A stretch of 51,466 bases of DNA, taken from the IMG/VR virus record IMGVR_UViG_2703718856_000005. One strand, written 5' to 3'. Source of the stretch: a virus. Its lineage: Duplodnaviria > Heunggongvirae > Uroviricota > Caudoviricetes. The notes beneath the pieces were generated by a model. The model had not been told where the DNA came from. It saw only the letters and a program-made list of their open reading frames with translations, and did no database searches. Positions 47,320 through 51,466 of the stretch are shown here, in pieces; position 1 is the stretch's first letter, and each line of letters begins with the position of its first letter. Made by a program: the position numbers and the translations under genes.

Positions 47320-48045
47320 TTGTTCATCCTTAAATCTGTCATGAGGTTAAAACAAATGAGTAAAGTCTTTATTTGCGCCGCTATTCCTGACGAACTGGCA
47401 ACAAGGGAAGAAGGCGCTGTGGCTGTAGCCACAGCCATTGAAGCTGGCGACGAACGCCGTGCTCGAGCAAAATTTCACTGGCAATTCCTGGAACATTATC
47501 CGGCTGCTCAGGACTGCGCTTATAAATTTATTGTCTGCGAGGATAAACCTGGCATACCCCGCCCTGCCCTCGATTCATGGGATGCTGAATATATGCAGGA
47601 AAACCGCTGGGATGAGGAGTCTGCTTCTTTTGTCCCGGTTGAGACTGAATCCGATCCGATGAACGTCACTTTTGACAAGCTGGCCCCTGAAGTACAGAAC
47701 GCTGTCATGGTTAAGTTCGACACATGTGAAAACATCACCGTTGATATGGTTATTAGCGCACAGGAATTGTTGCAGGAAGACATGGCAACATTCGACGGAC
47801 ATATCGTTGAAGCGTTGATGAAAATGCCAGAAGTTAACGCCATGTATCCGGAGCTTAAGTTGCACGCCATTGGGTGGGTTAAGCATAAATGTATTCCTGG
47901 TGCTAAATGGCCCGAAATTCAGGCAGAGATGCGCATCTGGAAAAAACGTCGCGAAGGTGAACGCAAGGAAACCGGAAAATACACGTCTGTTGTTGATCTC
48001 GCCCGCGCCAGAGCCAATCAACAGTACACTGAAAATTCAACATGA
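47320..48045 (+). CDS. ydfE: YdfE-like protein, apparently full length (about 229 to 241 aa)
   Basis: ORF following ydfD; the K-12 counterpart is recalled as a fragment. Confidence 0.5.
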   Translation: MFILKSVMRLKQMSKVFICAAIPDELATREEGAVAVATAIEAGDERRARAKFHWQFLEHYPAAQDCAYKFIVCEDKPGIPRPALDSWDAEYMQENRWDEESASFVPVETESDPMNVTFDKLAPEVQNAVMVKFDTCENITVDMVISAQELLQEDMATFDGHIVEALMKMPEVNAMYPELKLHAIGWVKHKCIPGAKWPEIQAEMRIWKKRREGERKETGKYTSVVDLARARANQQYTENST

Positions 48046-48141
48046 AAAATCAGCCCGGTCATTGCTGCCATTCATCGCGAATACAAGCAGACATGGAAAA
48101 CACTGGATGACGAACTGGCCTACGCTCTCTGGCCTAGTGAT

Positions 48142-49827
48142 GTGGATGCCGGAAACATTGACGGCAGCATCCATCGCTGGGCAAAAAAAGAAGTTATCGA
48201 CAACGACCGCGAAGACTGGAAGCGTATCTCGGCATCAATGCGCAAACAGCCTGATGCCCTTCGCTACGACCGCCAAACTATTTTTGGCCTTGTCCGTGAG
48301 CGTCCGATCGACATTCACAAAGATCCCGTAGCACTGAACAAATATATCTGCGAATACCTGACGACAAAGGGCGTGTTTGAGAATGAAGAAACAGACCTGG
48401 GCACTGTTGATGTTCTCCAGTCATCAGAAACACAAACTGATGCAGTGGAAACTGAGGTATCTGATATCCCAAAAAATGAAACCGCGCCGGAAGCTGAACC
48501 ATCTGTAGAGCGTGAGGGGCCGTTCTATTTCCTCTTCGCAGATAAGGACGGAGAAAAATACGGTCGCGCAAACAAACTCTCTGGTCTGGATAAGGCACTG
48601 GCTGCTGGCGCCACTGAAATCACAAAAGAAGAATATTTTGCCCGAAAAAATGGCACATACACGGGCTTACCGCAAAATGTAGATACCGCTGAAGATTCAG
48701 AACAACCAGAGCCGATAAAAGTTACCGCTGACGAAGTAAACAAAATTATGCAGGCAGCCAATATCAGCCAGCCTGACGCCGATAAGTTGCTTGCTGCATC
48801 ACGTGGTGAATTTGTTGAAGGGATTAGTGACCCGAATGATCCGAAATGGGTTAAGGGGCTCCAGACCCGCGATTCTGTGAACCAGAACCAGCATGAATCG
48901 GAACGGAACTACCAAAAAGCGGAACAAAACAGTCCAAATGCGTTACAAAACGAGCCAGAAACGAAACAGCCTGAACCAGTAGCGCAACAGGAAGTGGAAA
49001 AAGTCTGCACCGCCTGCGGTCAGACCGGCGGCGGCAACTGCCCTGATTGTGGCGCGGTGATGGGCGACGCAACATACCAAGAAACATTCGATGAAGAGTA
49101 TCAGGTTGAAGTTCAGGAAGATGATCCGGAGGAAATGGAAGGCGCTGAACATCCACACAAGGAGAACACTGGCGGCAATCAGCATCACAATAGCGATAAT
49201 GAAACTGGCGAGACGGCAGATCACCCAATTAAGGTGAACGGTCATCACGAAATCACATCCACCAGCAGGACGTGTGACCATCTAATGATCGACCTTGAAA
49301 CCATGGGAAAAAATCCTGATGCCCCGATCATCTCAATAGGTGCAATATTTTTCGATCCGCAAACCGGAGATATGGGACCGGAATTTAGTAAGACTATCGA
49401 TCTGGAAACTGCTGGCGGAGTCATTGATCGGGACACCATTAAATGGTGGCTTAAGCAATCACGCGAAGCGCAATCTGCCATTATGACCGATGAAATCCCG
49501 TTAGATGATGCACTGTTACAATTGCGAGAATTTATCGACGAAAACTCCGGTGAATTTTTTGTTCAGGTTTGGGGAAATGGAGCCAACTTCGACAACACGA
49601 TTTTGCGCCGTTCATACGAACGGCAGGGGATCCCCTGCCCGTGGCGTTACTACAACGATCGCGATGTACGCACAATCGTTGAGCTGGGGAAAGCCATAGA
49701 CTTCGATGCCAGAACGGCTATTCCATTCGAAGGTGAGCGCCATAATGCACTTGATGACGCCCGTTACCAGGCAAAATACGTTTCAGTTATCTGGCAAAAA
49801 CTGATCCCGAGTCAGGCTGATTCTTAA
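48142..49827 (+). CDS. multidomain protein: acidic N-terminal region, central CxxC...CxxC zinc ribbon, C-terminal DnaQ-like DEDDh 3'-5' exonuclease domain (GTG start in track)
   Basis: Exonuclease motifs MIDLETMG, WGNGANFD and HNALDDARYQ; zinc ribbon CTACGQTGGGNCPDCG. Confidence 0.7.
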   Translation: MDAGNIDGSIHRWAKKEVIDNDREDWKRISASMRKQPDALRYDRQTIFGLVRERPIDIHKDPVALNKYICEYLTTKGVFENEETDLGTVDVLQSSETQTDAVETEVSDIPKNETAPEAEPSVEREGPFYFLFADKDGEKYGRANKLSGLDKALAAGATEITKEEYFARKNGTYTGLPQNVDTAEDSEQPEPIKVTADEVNKIMQAANISQPDADKLLAASRGEFVEGISDPNDPKWVKGLQTRDSVNQNQHESERNYQKAEQNSPNALQNEPETKQPEPVAQQEVEKVCTACGQTGGGNCPDCGAVMGDATYQETFDEEYQVEVQEDDPEEMEGAEHPHKENTGGNQHHNSDNETGETADHPIKVNGHHEITSTSRTCDHLMIDLETMGKNPDAPIISIGAIFFDPQTGDMGPEFSKTIDLETAGGVIDRDTIKWWLKQSREAQSAIMTDEIPLDDALLQLREFIDENSGEFFVQVWGNGANFDNTILRRSYERQGIPCPWRYYNDRDVRTIVELGKAIDFDARTAIPFEGERHNALDDARYQAKYVSVIWQKLIPSQADS

Positions 49828-49899
49828 TGTTCAACTGTCGCCGGTTGTGACTGGTATTCTGCAACCGGCGCTCGTCTGATGTAAGAGATAAAGAAATCG

Positions 49900-50151
49900 A
49901 TGAGCGAAGTAATCATGATTGTCTCTCCCGGCAAATGGGTATCCGAAGAGCAGTTAATTGCGCTGAAAGGAATAAAAAAAGGTACGTTAAAAAAGGCCCG
50001 GGAAAAATCGTTTATGGAAGGAAGGGAATATAAGCATGTCGCTCATGACGGTATGCCATGGGATAACAGTCCATGCTTTTACAACCTGGAAGAAATTGAT
50101 CGCTGGATTGAGCGCCAGGCATCAGCGAGACCAAGACGTCATCTTACTTGA
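49900..50151 (+). CDS. xis: putative excisionase
   Basis: 83 aa ORF immediately upstream of the integrase. Confidence 0.5.
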   Translation: MSEVIMIVSPGKWVSEEQLIALKGIKKGTLKKAREKSFMEGREYKHVAHDGMPWDNSPCFYNLEEIDRWIERQASARPRRHLT

Positions 50152-50170
50152 CTAAAAGCCACACTAACTA

Positions 50171-51466
50171 ATGAGAGAAGTTGAAATGAAATATCCGACA
50201 GGCGTGGAAAACCATGGAGGGAAATTACGTATCTGGTTTGTTTATAAAGACGTAAGAGTCAGGGAAAATCTGGGGGTTCCTGACACAGCAAAAAACAGGC
50301 GCGTTGCAGGTGAACTACGCTCCTCTGTTTGTTACGCAATAAAAACTGGTGTTTTCGACTATGCAAAACAGTTTCCCTCCTCACGCAATCTGGAAAAATT
50401 TGGTGAGGCCCGACAAGATTTAACCATAAAAGAACTGGCTGAAAAATTTCTGGCACTGAAAGAAACTGAAGTCGCCAAAACATCACTCAACACATACCGT
50501 GCCGTCATCAAAAATATCCTGAGCATAATCGGTGAAAAAAATCTTGCCTCATCGATTAATAAAGAAAAATTACTGGAGGTTCGTAAAGAGTTACTGACTG
50601 GATACCAGATCCCCAAAAGTAACTATATTGTTACACAACCAGGGAGATCGGCTGTAACTGTAAATAATTACATGACAAATCTTAACGCCGTGTTCCAGTT
50701 TGGTGTTGATAACGGTTACCTGGCAGATAATCCGTTTAAGGGGATCTCGCCATTAAAGGAATCAAGAACCATTCCGGATCCTCTTTCGCGGGAAGAATTT
50801 ATCCGTCTTATCGATGCGTGCAGAAATCAGCAAGCAAAAAATTTATGGTGTGTTTCTGTTTATACTGGAGTTCGCCCTGGTGAGCTGTGTGCACTTGGAT
50901 GGGAGGACATAGATCTGAAAAATGGAACAATGATGATCAGGAGAAATTTAGCAAAAGACCGTTTCACGGTACCAAAAACACAGGCGGGAACCAATCGGGT
51001 CATTCATCTTATTAAGCCAGCAATCGACGCTCTCCGGAGTCAGATGACATTAACGAGACTGAGCAAAGAGCATATCATTGATGTTCACCTCAGAGAGTAT
51101 GGCAGAACAGAAAAACAAAAATGCACCTTTGTTTTTCAACCTGAAGTGTCAGCGAGAGTAAAAAATTATGGTGACCATTTTACCGTTGACTCAATAAGGC
51201 AGATGTGGGACGCAGCGATAAAACGTGCCGGACTCCGCCATCGAAAATCATATCAGTCGAGACATACTTATGCCTGCTGGTCGCTGACAGCTGGTGCTAA
51301 CCCGGCATTTATAGCAAACCAGATGGGCCATGCAGATGCGCAAATGGTATTTCAGGTATACGGAAAATGGATGTCTGAAAACAATAATGCACAGGTAGCT
51401 TTGTTAAATACACAGTTAAGCGAGTTTGCCCCAACCATGCCCCATAACGAAGCAATGAAAAATTAA
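50171..51466 (+). CDS. int: tyrosine site-specific integrase, apparently intact
   Basis: 431 aa; catalytic-domain residues including HxxR and terminal tyrosine context (RHTYACW, VFQVYGKW); stop codon is the last three bases of the window. Confidence 0.9.
   Translation: MREVEMKYPTGVENHGGKLRIWFVYKDVRVRENLGVPDTAKNRRVAGELRSSVCYAIKTGVFDYAKQFPSSRNLEKFGEARQDLTIKELAEKFLALKETEVAKTSLNTYRAVIKNILSIIGEKNLASSINKEKLLEVRKELLTGYQIPKSNYIVTQPGRSAVTVNNYMTNLNAVFQFGVDNGYLADNPFKGISPLKESRTIPDPLSREEFIRLIDACRNQQAKNLWCVSVYTGVRPGELCALGWEDIDLKNGTMMIRRNLAKDRFTVPKTQAGTNRVIHLIKPAIDALRSQMTLTRLSKEHIIDVHLREYGRTEKQKCTFVFQPEVSARVKNYGDHFTVDSIRQMWDAAIKRAGLRHRKSYQSRHTYACWSLTAGANPAFIANQMGHADAQMVFQVYGKWMSENNNAQVALLNTQLSEFAPTMPHNEAMKN

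Overview
This 51.5 kb window is almost entirely one lambdoid prophage inserted in the 5' end of a ydfJ-like MFS transporter gene (host flank at 1..1284). All calls rest on reading the ORF translations and the raw sequence and on recalled protein families; no database search was run. Reading from high to low coordinates the prophage runs: int/xis and a dicA-led early-left operon (ydfA/B/C, dicF sRNA, dicB, ydfD, a ydfE-like ORF and a zinc-ribbon/DEDDh exonuclease); the divergent dicC operon with an iteron-containing replication initiator and a methyltransferase-like ORF; a nin-like region carrying an IS66-family element with 8 bp target duplication, a second IS-like transposase, decayed ORFs, flxA and relB-relE-hokD; Q antiterminator, a pinholin/SAR-endolysin/spanin lysis cassette interleaved with cspF, cspB and cspI; a lambda-type cos site; and a complete lambda-like head and tail module (Nu1 to J, lom, stf, tfa) next to a Pin invertase and ydfK. 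The layout matches the E. coli Qin prophage but with the morphogenesis module intact. I found no rRNA, tRNA or CRISPR array. The loci I consider least explained are the methyltransferase-like pair at 42631..43406, the ydfE-like/exonuclease pair at 47320..49827, the orphan ORF at 34588..34839 and the GC-rich segment upstream of dicF.
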